From Dipteris shenzhenensis (taxonomy: Eukaryota), in NCBI GenBank assembly GCA_047967505.1, contig CM106538.1: a stretch of 64,000 nt of DNA. One strand, given 5' to 3'. Made by a program: the position numbers and the translations under genes. The notes beneath the pieces are model-generated. The model saw only the letters and a list, made by a program, of their open reading frames with translations. It was not told the DNA's origin and made no database searches. Positions within the stretch are counted from its first letter, which is position 1, and each line of letters starts with the position of its first letter. Shown here in pieces: positions 62,301-64,000 of this stretch.

Positions 62301-64000
62301 GGCTGTCATTATTTTGTCACTTTTATTGATGACTACAGTAGAAAAGTTTGGGTGTAATTTATGAAAAAGAAAAGTCAAGTGTTTGGGCATTTCAAAGCTT
62401 TTAAAGCTATGGTTGAGAAAGAAACAGGACTGCAAATAAAATTCCTAAGGTCAGATGCAGGGGGAGAGTACTTCTCAAATGAGTTTGCAAGGTTCCTGCA
62501 AGAGCATGGTATAAAGTAGCAATATTCATGTAGTCATACCCCACAACGAAATGGACTTGCAGAAAGGAAAAATAGGCATATTGGAGAGGTATCTCGTGCC
62601 ATGCTCAACGAAAAAGACCTACCATATTATTATTGGGCTGAAGCAGTTGCTACAGTAGTTTACATAATGAACAGGACTCCCACTGCAGCAATACATGGCA
62701 CGATGCCAGAGGAGATGTATACTAATAGGAAACCAGATATTTCTCATTTGAAAATTTTTGGTTTCATTGCCTATGTTCATGTGCTAGATGAGTTGAGGTC
62801 CAAGTTTGATCCAAAAGGTGAGAAGTGCATCTTTATTGGTTATTCTCTATAGCAGAAAGGGTATAGATGCTATAACCCTTCTACTCGTAAGTTTACAGTG
62901 AGCAGAGATGTTGTATTTGATGAGATGAGCAGCTGGTATAAACCAGTACATGTGATTGATGATATAGATGCACAAAATGGTAATGCTGCATAGAATTCAC
63001 GGTAGCAATCACAAAATATTAGTGGACCTACAGTGTCCTCTAGTAGTGGTTCACATACTTCGCCATGGACAGGTAGATTGAGATCAGGAGAATCTCCTCA
63101 AAGCAATGTAGATAGTGGTATGCAGGTATCACAAAAAGGAAAAGAGAAGGTAGATCAGCCCATGTTTGATGTGAATGCAGGTCACTCTTATGTGGATGGT
63201 GAATCCAGTGGCTCTGAACAGAGCATTGATGATGAGTTGGGTATACCTTCTGTTGTTACACCTAGAGTAAGGAAGACCAGGGATGTTTTGAGAGCACCTG
63301 GAAGTGAGCCTATTTTGCGTAAATCTACCAGAGCTAGGTATCCTGTGGATAGGTTGAAATATGATGGATTTACAACCATGCAGTATGCCTATATGGTCAA
63401 AGTGATACAGGAACCAGAACCCACTTCTTTTGAGCAAGCCATGGGAAAAGAAAAATGGGAGAAAGCCATGGATGAAGAAATGGATGCCTTGGAAGCAAAT
63501 GCTACATGGGAATTGGTGCCTTTGCCTAAAGACAAGAATGCAATTGGTTGTAAGTGGGTTTATAAGGTGAAGCACAATGCAAATGGTTCTGTGAATAGAT
63601 ACAAGGCAATATTAGTTGTCAAGGGGTATGCACAGACATATGGCATTGATTATGAAGAAACATTCAGTCTGGTTGCAAGGATGGCAACTATAAGAGCAGC
63701 CATTGCGATGGCTGCATCAAAGGGATGGTCTTTACATTAGATGGATGTAAAGAATGCCTTCTTGCATGGTGATTTGCAAGAAGAGGTCTTTATGGAGTTG
63801 GATCCAAAAACTGAGAAGTGCATCTTTATTGGTTATTCTCTGCAGCAGAAAGTGTATAGATGCTATAACCCTTCTACTTATAAGTTTACAGTAAGCACAG
63901 ATGTTGTTTTTGATGAGATGAGTAGCTGGTATAAACCAGTAAATGTGATTGATGATGTAGATGCACAAAATGGTAATGCTGCACACAATTCATAGTAGCA
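58980..64000 (+). mobile_element. Ty1/copia retrotransposon with internal duplications, runs off the window
   Basis: LTR at 58980-59328 and PBS TGGTATCAGAGC at 59331-59342. Gag starts at 59879 and again at 60632. Protease, integrase and the RT N-terminus follow, with many stops. Same family as the 3644 element. Confidence 0.93.

Overview
This is land-plant genomic DNA: it contains two MIR166 hairpins, spliceosomal-type introns and copia elements primed by tRNA-iMet. Almost all of it is nested, mostly decayed transposons. The only clear host locus is a two-hairpin MIR166 cluster (~20.8-22.2 kb). The most striking item is an intron-containing, pseudogenised transposase (~35.4-45.3 kb, + strand) with RAG1/Transib-type motifs in the correct order: D..D..E triad, CxxC plus HxxxxH zinc site, and ECHETL, CTLH and TEGMEK. 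It is split by a complete En/Spm-like element with CACAA ends and a 3-bp TSD. It is followed by convergent unknown genes (Bro-N-like, ubiquitin-like) and by a terminus at ~54.0 kb that is homologous to the termini of two elements carrying Ulp1-protease genes at 0.5-9.1 kb. Together these suggest a family of large multi-gene RAG1/Transib-like transposons in a plant (inference). Also present: three En/Spm-like elements with divergently arranged transposase and TnpA-like genes, three Ty1/copia remnants, a gypsy integrase fragment with a MITE, a solo LTR, an intronless atypical kinase pseudogene and many simple repeats. All assignments come from reading motifs by eye; no database searches were run.
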